Shown here: one piece after another, positions 29,643-38,368 of the stretch
Layout of the letters: each line of letters starts with the position of its first letter
Position numbering within the stretch: position 1 is the stretch's first letter
Source: an uncultured delta proteobacterium
GTDB lineage: Bacteria > Myxococcota_A > UBA9160 > SMWR01
Reading direction: 5' to 3'
DNA length: 64,000 bases
NCBI GenBank assembly: GCA_963832165.1
Contig: CAWHTE010000001.1
Coordinates: 32,001-96,000 of the forward strand
Notes under the pieces: model-generated
Database searches by the model: none
Told to the model about the DNA's origin: nothing
Seen by the model: only the letters and a program-made list of their open reading frames with translations
Translations under genes and position numbers: made by a program

Positions 29643-30824
29643 TCTACGACCCGTACTCGCGGCCGTTCCAGGAAGATCCGTATCCGCTCTACAAGCACTT
29701 CCGCGACGAAGAGCCCTGCGCGTACAACCCGAAGATGGACTTCTACGCGCTGTTCCGCTTCGAGGACGTCTGGAATGCGACGCTCGACTGGGAGACGATC
29801 AGCTCGTCGTACGGCCCGTCGCTCGAGAACCGCGGCCAGATTCCCGCCGGCGTCGTTCTCGATCATCGGCATGGACCCGCCCGCGCACACCAAGCTGCGC
29901 AACGTGATCAGCCGCGGCTTCACGCCGCGCCGGATCGCCGCGCTCGAGGCCGAGATCCGCGGCATCGCAAAGCACTACCTCGAGCCGCTCGCGACGCGCG
30001 ATGCGTTCGACTTCGAGCAGGAATTCGCGGTGAAGTTCCCGATGGACGTGATCAGCGCGCTGCTCGGGATCCCCGAGGAGGATCGCGACGCGTATCGCCT
30101 CACGGTCGATCAGGGGCTCAACCGGGATCCCGACGCAGGGCTCGACGAGCAGAAGGCCCAGTCGTTGTTCGGGGGCGACCAGCACCAGTACGCCCTGCGC
30201 CTGATCGAGCAGCGCCGCGCGCAGCCGCGCGAGGATCTGATCACCGTGCTCGCGGAGGCCGAGTTCGAGGACGTCGACGGCGTGCGGCGGCGCCTCACCG
30301 ACCGCGAGTGCATCTCGTTCGTGACGTTGCTCGCGGCCGCGGGCTCCGAGACCACCGCGAAACTGCTCGGCCACGCGATCTACCTGCTCTGGAAGCACCC
30401 CGACCAGCGCCAGTCGCTGTGGGACGATCCGGCGCGGATCCCGAACGCGATCGAGGAGGTGCTGCGCTACGAGGCGCCGTCTCAGTTCCAGGGCCGCGTC
30501 GCGCTGCGCGACTCGACCTGGCACGGCGTGACGATTCCCACCGGCGCACGCATCGCGCTCGTGACGGGCGCCGCGTGCCGCGACGAGCGCGAGTATCCCG
30601 AACCCGACCGCTTCGACGTCACGCGCCGGCACGAGCGCGAGCTCTACTTCGGCCACGGCCACCACGTGTGCATCGGGAAGAGCCTCGCGCGGCTCGAGAC
30701 GCGCATCGCGCTCGAGGAGATCGCCGCGCGCTTCCCGAACTACGAGGTCGACGAATCGGGCATCACGCGCACCTATCAGGCGCACGTGAAGGGGTACGTG
30801 AATCTCCCGATCGCTATCCGCTGA
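29639..30824 (+). CDS. Cytochrome P450 (frameshift near 29850)
   Basis: YDPYS...DPYP start; MDPPAH, AAAGSETT, EVLRY and heme motif FGHGHHVCIG. Confidence 0.9.
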
Positions 30825-30839
30825 GGGCTTCGTAGCTTC

Positions 30840-30946
30840 GTAGGGCGGGAGGAGCCGAAGGCGGATCCCGCCTTCCGCGTGATCGCCTCATCGATGCGGT
30901 ACCCGAGAGGCGGGATGCGCTCGCTTCGCTCGCTTTCCCGCCCTAC
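30840..30946. repeat. REPIN-like inverted REP doublet (GTAG...CTAC at the outer ends)
   Basis: GTAGGGCGGGAGGAGCCGAAGGCGGATCCCGCC...GGCGGGATGCGCTCGCTTCGCTCGCTTTCCCGCCCTAC. Confidence 0.85.
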
Positions 30947-30973
30947 GAGTTCCCTTGAACAGCACGGGAACGG

Positions 30974-31186
30974 TCACCCTCGCGCTGCACGGCGTCGCTC
31001 CATTTCTGCTTCCACGAGTTTGCGCCGTTCGCGCCATTCACGGGCTGCCTTCGGATTCCTGCCCATCCCCTTTCGCATCGAGGCTCCCTCGTAGCTGAGT
31101 GCAAGTTCCAGGTACTCCGCCAACTTCGTGTCAGTGAGTCCGGGAACATCCTCCGCCCATGAGTTCAGCTGCTTCCAGCGCGACAT
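30974..31186 (-). CDS. Small basic hypothetical protein (70 aa)
   Basis: Follows the FMO stop co-directionally; codon usage less GC-biased than neighbours; no recognised motif. Confidence 0.5.
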   Translation of the reverse strand: MSRWKQLNSWAEDVPGLTDTKLAEYLELALSYEGASMRKGMGRNPKAAREWRERRKLVEAEMERRRAARG

Positions 31187-31195
31187 CTCGACCGC

Positions 31196-32542
31196 CTACG
31201 CGTGTCTGCGACCAGCAGCTCGTCGCGCGCCGCGGCGCAGCTCCTCACGCATCGCGAGTCCGTACAACGCCGGGTTGAACGCGCGGCGGCGCAGGATCGG
31301 CTGCGAGCGGCGGTCGATCTCGATCTGTGACGGCAGCGCATAGCGCCCCGAGAGCAGCGCGGCCGCGAGCTGCGCGTGCAGCTCGGCGATCGGCCAGAAC
31401 GCGCCGGTCGGCCGGGAGACACCCACGATGAACAGATCGCGGCGTCGAGGATGCATCGCGCCCAGGAACAACGTGAGATCGTCGCCGCGCGTGTCGACGA
31501 GATCCTCCGGCAGGTAGGGATACCGCAGGTGGTAGCCGGTCGCGCAGAGCACGACGTCGACGCGCTCGCGCGTGCCGTCGCTCCACACCACCTCCTTGCC
31601 CTCGAAGCGCAGGGTCGCGGGCCGCGCCACGACCGCGCCGCGCTCGAGCGAGTCGAGCAGCGGATCGCAGATCGTCGCGCGCTTGTCCTGCGGAATCGCG
31701 GGCGGCGGCGGCAGGCCGAGCTGCTGGAGCCGCTCCATGCGCGCGCCGAGCATCTGCCGGAGCCTGGCCGCCGCGATGCGCGCGAACAGTCCCTCGCGCA
31801 GGCGCCGCGGCAGCGCGCGCAGCGGTCCCGGCACCGGATCGCCCGGGTGCATCATCGGCACCGACGCCGCGGCGGGCTTCCCGTCGATGCGCTCGGGCAT
31901 CATCCACGTTCCGCTGCGCGCGGACAGGAACACCGCCTCGGCGCCCGCGTCGCCGATCTCGCACGCGAGCTCGCAGCCCGTGTTGCCGACTCCGATCACC
32001 ACTACGCGCTTGCCGCGCATCGCGATCGGCGTCGCGGGATCGCGGTACTGCTGCGCGTGGATCCGCTCGCCCTCGAAGTCGCCGGGGATCTCGGGCATGC
32101 GCGGGTACCAGTAGTTGCCCGAGCACGCCACGAGCGCGTCGTACTGTCGCTGCGCGATCTGACCATCGGGTCCGCGCACCTCGACGCGCCAGCCCGCAGG
32201 CTCGAGAGGTCGCGCCGACACGACTTCGCTCTGGAGCCGGATGCGCTCGCGGAAGCCGAACGCGTCGACGTACGACTCGAACCACTCGCGCACGCGCGCG
32301 TGGCCCGGGAAGTCGGGCCAGTCGGCCGGCATCTCGAAGTCCGAGAGCCGACTCATGCGCAGCGTGGTGTTGGTCTCGAGCGAGCGATAGGCGGCCGAGC
32401 GGCCGTTGGGATTGTCGATCACCCAGTGGCCGCCGATCGCGGGCGACATCTCGAAGCAGTCGACCTCGAGCCCCACCGCGAGCAGGGTCTTCGTCGACAC
32501 GAGCCCTGCCGGGCCCGCGCCGACCACGCACACGCGCTTCAT
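31196..32542 (-). CDS. Flavin-containing monooxygenase
   Basis: GAGPAG, RIHAQQYR (FMO fingerprint-like), GVGNTG and ATGY. Confidence 0.9.
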   Translation of the reverse strand: MKRVCVVGAGPAGLVSTKTLLAVGLEVDCFEMSPAIGGHWVIDNPNGRSAAYRSLETNTTLRMSRLSDFEMPADWPDFPGHARVREWFESYVDAFGFRERIRLQSEVVSARPLEPAGWRVEVRGPDGQIAQRQYDALVACSGNYWYPRMPEIPGDFEGERIHAQQYRDPATPIAMRGKRVVVIGVGNTGCELACEIGDAGAEAVFLSARSGTWMMPERIDGKPAAASVPMMHPGDPVPGPLRALPRRLREGLFARIAAARLRQMLGARMERLQQLGLPPPPAIPQDKRATICDPLLDSLERGAVVARPATLRFEGKEVVWSDGTRERVDVVLCATGYHLRYPYLPEDLVDTRGDDLTLFLGAMHPRRRDLFIVGVSRPTGAFWPIAELHAQLAAALLSGRYALPSQIEIDRRSQPILRRRAFNPALYGLAMREELRRGARRAAGRRHA

Positions 32543-33111
32543 CCGATCTGCGGCGCCTTGGGACGTGCGAGCAGGCGATCAGCGTAGGCCTCGATCTTCG
32601 GCCGTCCCGACGAGATCTTCATCATGCGCTGCCAGACGAACATCGAGCCGATCATCACGTCGGCCGCCGTGAACCACTCGCCGAACAGATAGGGCCCGTC
32701 TGCCAGCTCGCGCTCGACCACGTCCTTTGCCGTTTCGAGGCCGGTCCAGCCGCGCTGCGGCACGGTCTCGGCGCCGATCAGCACGTCGACCATCGCGGGC
32801 TCGAGTTGCGACGTCGAATAGACCACCAGGGATAGATAGCGACCGCGCTCGGGAGCGCTGATCGCCGGCGCGAGCTTGGCATCGGGAAACCGGTCGGCGA
32901 GGTAGAGGCAGATTGCGGTGTTCTCGAACAGCTGCGCGCTGCCGTCGACGAGCGCCGGGATCTTGCCCGAGGGATTGATCGCGAGGAACTCGGGCCGCTT
33001 GTGCTCCTGCTTGGCGAGATCGATCGGAACGATCTCGTAGTCCGCGCCGCACTCGTCGAGCATCCACTTCGCGATCACCGCGCGGCTCTGGGGATTGAAG
33101 TAGAGCTTCAT
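32539..33111 (-). CDS. Glutathione S-transferase
   Basis: INPSGKIPAL, ENTAICLYL and FTAADV. Confidence 0.9.
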   Translation of the reverse strand: MKLYFNPQSRAVIAKWMLDECGADYEIVPIDLAKQEHKRPEFLAINPSGKIPALVDGSAQLFENTAICLYLADRFPDAKLAPAISAPERGRYLSLVVYSTSQLEPAMVDVLIGAETVPQRGWTGLETAKDVVERELADGPYLFGEWFTAADVMIGSMFVWQRMMKISSGRPKIEAYADRLLARPKAPQIG

Positions 33112-33118
33112 CGCCGGT

Positions 33119-33643
33119 TCATCGTCGGTTCTTTTCGAGATGCTTCCACGCCTTCGGCAGCGAGATGTCGCGGTTGGGCTTGGCCGGCGGCATGTTGAAC
33201 TGGGCCGGCGGCTTCCAGCCCATCTCCTTCATCGTCTGACCGATGTGGGTCATGTTCAGCATGTCGTGGCTGTAGCAGAACAGCCCATTGCCGGTGTAGT
33301 AGAGGATGGAGAGCCCGGCCACGAGGTAGGGCGTACCGTCGGGCCGCTCGCCGAGCACCTGGTCCCACTGCGACACGACGCGGGGCCCGTCGACCATGAT
33401 CCAGTTCTCGGGTGTCGACCAGCCGTGGCCCGTGAGCCCGGCCATGGACTTCTCGAAGAACTCGCGGATCTCCTCGCGTCCCTCGATGCGACCCCATGCG
33501 GGATCGATGTAGACGGCGTCCTCGGTGAAGAAGTCGGCGAGTGCCGACCAGGGTTTGTCGCCGAGGTCGATCTCGTCGCGCAGTGCGACGAAGCGCTCGT
33601 AGGTCTCGCGCGCCTCGCGCTCGATCGGGGTGGGTGTGGGCAT
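33119..33643 (-). CDS. NTF2/SnoaL-like protein
   Basis: FFTEDAVYIDPAWGRIEGREEI. Confidence 0.8.
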   Translation of the reverse strand: MPTPTPIEREARETYERFVALRDEIDLGDKPWSALADFFTEDAVYIDPAWGRIEGREEIREFFEKSMAGLTGHGWSTPENWIMVDGPRVVSQWDQVLGERPDGTPYLVAGLSILYYTGNGLFCYSHDMLNMTHIGQTMKEMGWKPPAQFNMPPAKPNRDISLPKAWKHLEKNRR

Positions 33644-33699
33644 GGGGGTGGCCTCCTCGCCCCGATGATGCGGAGACGATCGCGGCCTGTCCAGCCGAC

Positions 33700-34063
33700 C
33701 TACGGCTGGAGCTGCACCGGGTCGTAGAAAAATCGCTCTTCTGCGATCCGATCGCCGCGCCAGCGCTGGAGCGCGAGCTCTTCCAGCCGGATCGTCGCGC
33801 CGCTCGCGGTGCTGAACTCGAACAGCCAGCGGATCACGACCTGATCACCCGACACGAACACCGGCTGCACGCATCGCGCGCGCGTCTTCTCGAACGCCGC
33901 GAGCACCTTCCGCTCGTTCGCCACGAGCGCTTCACGGCCGACGCGCGGCGCCTGCCCGTTCTCCTGCATCGTCGCATCCTCGGCGTAGTAATCCTCGAGC
34001 CTCCACGAATTCGCCCGCCTCGACGCGCGTGATGAAACCCTCGATCCGTTCCGGATTCGGCAT
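33700..34063 (-). CDS. NTF2/SnoaL-like protein (frameshift near 34000)
   Basis: MPNPERIEGFITRVE joins YYAEDATMQEN...EELALQRW...ERFFYDP. Confidence 0.8.
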
Positions 34064-34174
34064 GTCGCACCTCCGAACCCGAGCCTACCCACGCCCCGCC
34101 GCCACGACAGGACCACTTTCCGCCCTTTCTCGGGAACCAATTACTCTTCCGCCAGATCGCCAAGGAGGAGCGCC

Positions 34175-35374
34175 ATGACCGATGTCCTCGCGGGAGTGCG
34201 CGTGCTCGAGGTCGCCGAGCAGGGCTTCGTGCCGTCGGGTGCGGCCGTGCTCGCCGACTGGGGCGCCGACGTGGTGAAGGTCGAGCGGCCCGAGGGCGAC
34301 GGACTGCGCGCGGTGATGAAGCAGGGTCTCGTCACGCAGACGGGCGACTTCGATTTCCTCTCCGAGCAGGTGAACCGCAACAAGCGCAACGTGTGTCTGG
34401 ATCTCAAGCGCGCCGAGAGCCGTCCCGTGCTCGAGCGGCTCGTGGCCTGGGCCGATGTGTTCATCACGAACCAGCTGCCGCAGGTGCGCCGCAAGCTCCG
34501 CATCGAGCCCGCTGATCTGTTCGCGATCAATCCGCGCCTGATCTACGCGCGCGGACACGGCCAGGGCACGAAGGGCGCCGACGCCGAGGCCGGCGGCTAC
34601 GACGCGGTGTCGTTCTGGTCGCGCGCGGGCGTCGGGCACATGCTCTCGGTCGCGGGCGTGGTGATGCAGCGGCCCGCGCAGGGCGACATCCCCTCCGGCA
34701 TGTTCCTCGCGGGCGGGATCGCGGCCGCGCTCTACGCGCGCGAGCGCGACGGGCGCGGCCGCACCGTGGACGTCGCGCTGCTCGCGGGCGGGATCTGGAC
34801 GCTCGCGCCCGATCTCGTCGCGGCGTCGGTGCTAGGCGGCGATCCGCCGAAGGCCGCCGCGCGCCCGCCGACGAGCATGGCGCTCGTGGGCACCTACCTC
34901 ACTTCCGACGGCCGCGTGCTCCAGCTCAGCATGCTCGCGACGGACAAGTACTGGAAGACCGCGTGCGAGGCGCTCGAGGCGCCGGAGTTCGCGGACGACC
35001 CGGCGCTCGCCACCGACGCGGGCCGCGCACCGCGCATGCAGGAGATCCGCGAGCGCTTCACGCGCGCGATCGCGGCTCGGCCGCTCGACGACTGGATGAA
35101 GAGGCTGCGCGCCGCGGGCTGCATCTTCTCGTCGTTCGCGACGCCGACCGAGGTGCAGAGCGATCCACAGGTGGTCGCGAACGGCTACCTGCCGCGCCAC
35201 CCGACGCATCCGACCGCGCGGCTCGCCGCGAGCCCGGTGCAGTTCGACGAGACGCCGATCGCGATCCGCCGCCGCGCGCCCGACAAGGGCGAGCACACCG
35301 ACGAGGTGCTCGAGTCGATCGGCATCGACGCGCGCGCGCGAGCGGTGCTGCGCGCGGCGGGGGCGATCGCCTGA
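34175..35374 (+). CDS. CaiB/BaiF family III CoA-transferase
   Basis: LAGVRVLE, LADWGADVVKVE, NRNKR and GEHTDEVL. Confidence 0.9.
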   Translation: MTDVLAGVRVLEVAEQGFVPSGAAVLADWGADVVKVERPEGDGLRAVMKQGLVTQTGDFDFLSEQVNRNKRNVCLDLKRAESRPVLERLVAWADVFITNQLPQVRRKLRIEPADLFAINPRLIYARGHGQGTKGADAEAGGYDAVSFWSRAGVGHMLSVAGVVMQRPAQGDIPSGMFLAGGIAAALYARERDGRGRTVDVALLAGGIWTLAPDLVAASVLGGDPPKAAARPPTSMALVGTYLTSDGRVLQLSMLATDKYWKTACEALEAPEFADDPALATDAGRAPRMQEIRERFTRAIAARPLDDWMKRLRAAGCIFSSFATPTEVQSDPQVVANGYLPRHPTHPTARLAASPVQFDETPIAIRRRAPDKGEHTDEVLESIGIDARARAVLRAAGAIA

Positions 35375-35378
35375 CGGC

Positions 35379-35690
35379 CTATCGTCGCTTCTTCAGCTGC
35401 CCGCGCATGCGCTGAATCTCCCGACCTTTGTCTGCGAGGAAACGGTCGAGGGCATCGGCGAGGTAGGGTTCGAGGTCCTTGTCGCTCGCCCCGAGGTTGC
35501 TGACCACCTGGTCGTAGAGGCCGCGGACCCGGCTGCTCAGGGATACCGTGATGTGCGACTCGCTGAAGTGGTCGTCGAGCAGATCCCGAACGAGTCCGGA
35601 GAGATTCAATCCCAGTTTGCCGACCTTCGCGTGCTGCTCCGCGGTGATCAGCACGTTCACGCGCTTGAAGTCGTCTTGCATTGCGCTCAT
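35379..35690 (-). CDS. Hypothetical protein with a ribbon-helix-helix-like N-terminus
   Basis: KRVNVLIT...LNLSGLVRDLLD matches the RHH strand-helix-helix pattern; ATGA overlap with the upstream gene. Confidence 0.6.
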   Translation of the reverse strand: MSAMQDDFKRVNVLITAEQHAKVGKLGLNLSGLVRDLLDDHFSESHITVSLSSRVRGLYDQVVSNLGASDKDLEPYLADALDRFLADKGREIQRMRGQLKKRR

Positions 35691-35926
35691 CGCTCTTCCT
35701 CGTATACGTCGATCCGCAGCACCAGCGGCCGCGTCGCGAGACGAGCCACGCCCCCGATCAACAAAACGAGGCCCACCACGAACCCAACCCCGAGCGCGGC
35801 TAGCGCACCCTTCGCCCCGAACAGAAACGTGGCGCCGAGCCCGACCAGCAAGAACACCCATCCGGCGAGGGCCACCCAACCCAAGAAGATCACGCCGACC
35901 GCGACGATCCTGAGAAATACACTCAC
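35687..35926 (-). CDS. Small membrane protein (2-3 TM)
   Basis: GTG at 35926 after GAGGAG; long hydrophobic stretches. Confidence 0.6.
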   Translation of the reverse strand: MSVFLRIVAVGVIFLGWVALAGWVFLLVGLGATFLFGAKGALAALGVGFVVGLVLLIGGVARLATRPLVLRIDVYEEER

Positions 35927-35975
35927 GCCAGCATCTCCTCGTCGAACTCTGGGGCTATCCCGTCGAGTTTGCAGG

Positions 35976-36014
35976 TGTGTATAAGTCGTAATAATATACA
36001 CATCGATACACATC
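35976..36014. promoter_or_regulatory. Operator-like repeats in a divergent promoter
   Basis: TGTGTATA-N11-TATACACA inverted repeat plus ATACACATC direct repeat (35996, 36006). Confidence 0.6.
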
Positions 36015-36044
36015 CGCCACGGGATGGGATGGAGGTTTCGAGCC

Positions 36045-36998
36045 ATGAGTGCGGTGCTTGTGACTGTGTTCGCTCTCTCTGCGGTCATCGCGATTGCGGC
36101 CCTTTCTCTCTTTACTGTCGATCAGCAAACTGCCGCCATCGTGCAGCGATTCGGAAAGTTTTTGCGAGTTGCTGGCCCCGGGCTTCGATTCCGAGTGCCG
36201 CTGATCGATCGGGTGGCGAGTCGCGTGAGCCTGCGCGTGGACCAGCTCGACGTCGAAGTCGACACGAAGACGGAAGACAACGTCTTCGTCCAGGTGGTCG
36301 TGGCGGTTCAGTATCACGTGCTCCGGGACAAGATCTATTCGGCGTTCTACGAGCTCGCCGACCCCCACAGCCAGATCACGTCGTTCGTCTTCGATGTGGT
36401 CCGCGCCCGCGTTCCGCGCCTCAAGCTCGACGAGTTGTTCGAGCGCAAGGACGAGATCGCCGACGTGGTGAAGAACGAACTCTCGCTCACGATGGACAGC
36501 TTCGGCTACGGGATCGTCAAGGCGCTCGTCACGGACATCAACCCCGACGAGCGGGTCAAGGCCGCAATGAACGAGATCAACGCCGCGCAGCGCATCCGTG
36601 TCGCGGCGAGCGAGCGGGGAGAGGCCGACCGGATCCTCAAGGTGAAGGCGGCTGAGGCCGAGGCACAGAGCAAGGCGCTTCAGGGCAAGGGCATCGCCGA
36701 TCAGCGCCGCGAGATCATCAACGGATTGCGCGAGTCCGTGGACGAGTTCTCGCAGAGCGTGCCGGGCGCCACCGCTCACGACGTGATGGGTCTGATCCTG
36801 ATCACCCAATACTTCGACACGTTGAAGGAGATCGGCTCCGCGAATCACAGCAATACGATCCTGTTGCCCCACTCGCCCGGATTCATCTCGGACCTCGCGG
36901 GTCAGATCCGCACTGCGATCATCTCCGGGCAGGCTGTGGTCGACGCGGCGGCGAGATCCAACGGAGGTGGGGAGCTGCCGCCCGAAAGGAGTCTCTGA
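36045..36998 (+). CDS. SPFH/band-7 domain protein
   Basis: RFGKF, TKTEDNVFV, AMNEINAAQR and TQYFDTLKEIG. Confidence 0.92.
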   Translation: MSAVLVTVFALSAVIAIAALSLFTVDQQTAAIVQRFGKFLRVAGPGLRFRVPLIDRVASRVSLRVDQLDVEVDTKTEDNVFVQVVVAVQYHVLRDKIYSAFYELADPHSQITSFVFDVVRARVPRLKLDELFERKDEIADVVKNELSLTMDSFGYGIVKALVTDINPDERVKAAMNEINAAQRIRVAASERGEADRILKVKAAEAEAQSKALQGKGIADQRREIINGLRESVDEFSQSVPGATAHDVMGLILITQYFDTLKEIGSANHSNTILLPHSPGFISDLAGQIRTAIISGQAVVDAAARSNGGGELPPERSL

Positions 36999-37002
36999 GC
37001 GA

Positions 37003-37791
37003 CTACGAGGCGGTGCTTCGAAGCGCCTCGGCGGTCGCCTCGTCAGCGGGAAAGAACGCCTCGATCGCGAGCTCCGACACCGTGATGTCGAGCGGCGTGC
37101 CGAACACGGTCGTGGTGCTGAAGAACGAGAGCACGCCGCGTTCGGAGCGCAGCTGGAGCGGCACGACGACGCCGGCATAGTCCTCGACGGCGTCACCGGA
37201 TCCACCCAGAGCGGAATAGCCCTCGAGCTCGGCGAGCAGCTTCTCGAGCCCGTCAGCGCGCGTCGCAGCGACCTGGCGGCGCAGTCGCTCGAATACGTGG
37301 CTGCGCCACGCCGACAGGTTGACGATGCGCGGCGCGAGCCCCTCCGGATGCAGCGACAGGCGCAGGACGTTGATCGGCGGCGCGAGCAGCTGCGGACCGA
37401 TGCCTGCCAGCAGCGGACCCACCGAGTCGTTGGCGGCGACGAGGTTCCAGTGCCGGTCGACCGCGAGCGCGGGGTAGGGCTCGTGACCCTTCAGCACCAC
37501 TCGCACCGCGCGGTGTATGGCCTCGAGCGCGGGATCGTCGAGGCGATGCTCCGGGTAGACGGGCGCGAAGCCCGCGGCGAGCAGCAGCGCGTTGCGCTCG
37601 CGCAGCGGGATCTCGAGCCGGTCGGCCAGACGCAAGATCATCTCGCGGCTCGGCTGCGATCGCCCGGTCTCGACGAAGCTCAGGTGGCGCGTCGAGACAT
37701 CGGCTTCGAGTGCGAGCTCGAGCTGGCTCAACCGACGGCGCCTGCGCCATTCGCGCACGTACTCGCCGGCCACACCCGATCCCGTCGACAC
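37003..37791 (-). CDS. XRE-family HTH regulator with a MmyB-like ligand-binding domain
   Basis: WRRRRRLSQLELA, VSTRHLSFVETGRS and FFSTTTVFGTP; start probably GTG 37791. Confidence 0.9.
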   Translation of the reverse strand: MSTGSGVAGEYVREWRRRRRLSQLELALEADVSTRHLSFVETGRSQPSREMILRLADRLEIPLRERNALLLAAGFAPVYPEHRLDDPALEAIHRAVRVVLKGHEPYPALAVDRHWNLVAANDSVGPLLAGIGPQLLAPPINVLRLSLHPEGLAPRIVNLSAWRSHVFERLRRQVAATRADGLEKLLAELEGYSALGGSGDAVEDYAGVVVPLQLRSERGVLSFFSTTTVFGTPLDITVSELAIEAFFPADEATAEALRSTAS

Positions 37792-37823
37792 GATCCCAGC
37801 GTAGTCCAGCACTCGGAGCGCAG

Positions 37824-37844
37824 CGATTACCTGCGAGGTAATCG
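37824..37844. promoter_or_regulatory. Perfect palindromic operator between the XRE regulator and a divergent membrane gene
   Basis: CGATTACCT-GCG-AGGTAATCG. Confidence 0.7.
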
Positions 37845-37923
37845 ACCCCGCGCAAGCGGCTCGTATCGTCTCCTGCATCGACGCGCGGCGCGCCCGCCGC
37901 GGCGTCCAGGGAGGCACCTCATC

Positions 37924-38316
37924 ATGTCCACGATCCCGATGTCTTCGTTCCTGCGCGCAGTTCTCCTGACCGACGCCGTCGCATCCGCGGCCACGGGCCT
38001 GCTGCTCGGACTCGGCGGCCCGTTCCTGGATCACCTGCTCGGCCTGCCGAGCGCGTTCCTCGTGGCCGTCGGCCTTCCGCTCCTGCCCTTCGCGGCGGGG
38101 GTCGGGTGGGTCGCGACGCGCCGGGAGGTTCCGCGCAACGCGGTGCGCTTCGTGATGGCATCGAACGCGATCTGGGTGGCGGCGAGCATCGGCGTGCTCC
38201 TGTCGCGTGCGTTCGAGCCGACGCTCATCGGTGTCGGGTTCGTGCTCGTGCAGGCCGCCGCGGTGGCCGCGTTCGCAGAGTGTCAGCTCGTGGGGCTGCG
38301 CCGCGCGGTCGCCTGA
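37924..38316 (+). CDS. Integral membrane protein (4 TM)
   Basis: GGAGG before ATG 37924; LLTDAVAS, NAIWV and QAAAVAAFAE. Confidence 0.8.
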   Translation: MSTIPMSSFLRAVLLTDAVASAATGLLLGLGGPFLDHLLGLPSAFLVAVGLPLLPFAAGVGWVATRREVPRNAVRFVMASNAIWVAASIGVLLSRAFEPTLIGVGFVLVQAAAVAAFAECQLVGLRRAVA

Positions 38317-38334
38317 CGAGGAGCGAGTCGCGAA

Positions 38335-38368
38335 AGGCGGGATCCGCCTTCGGCTCCTCCCGCCCTAC
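38335..38368 (-). repeat. Single REP; its GTAG foot provides the P450 stop codon
   Basis: Reverse complement is GTAGGGCGGGAGGAGCCGAAGGCGGATCCCGCC, identical to the left REP at 30840. Confidence 0.85.

Noticed and set aside
26102..30835. 1577-aa ORF
   Set aside because: Composite of antisense sequence, the amidohydrolase, the P450 start and out-of-frame P450.
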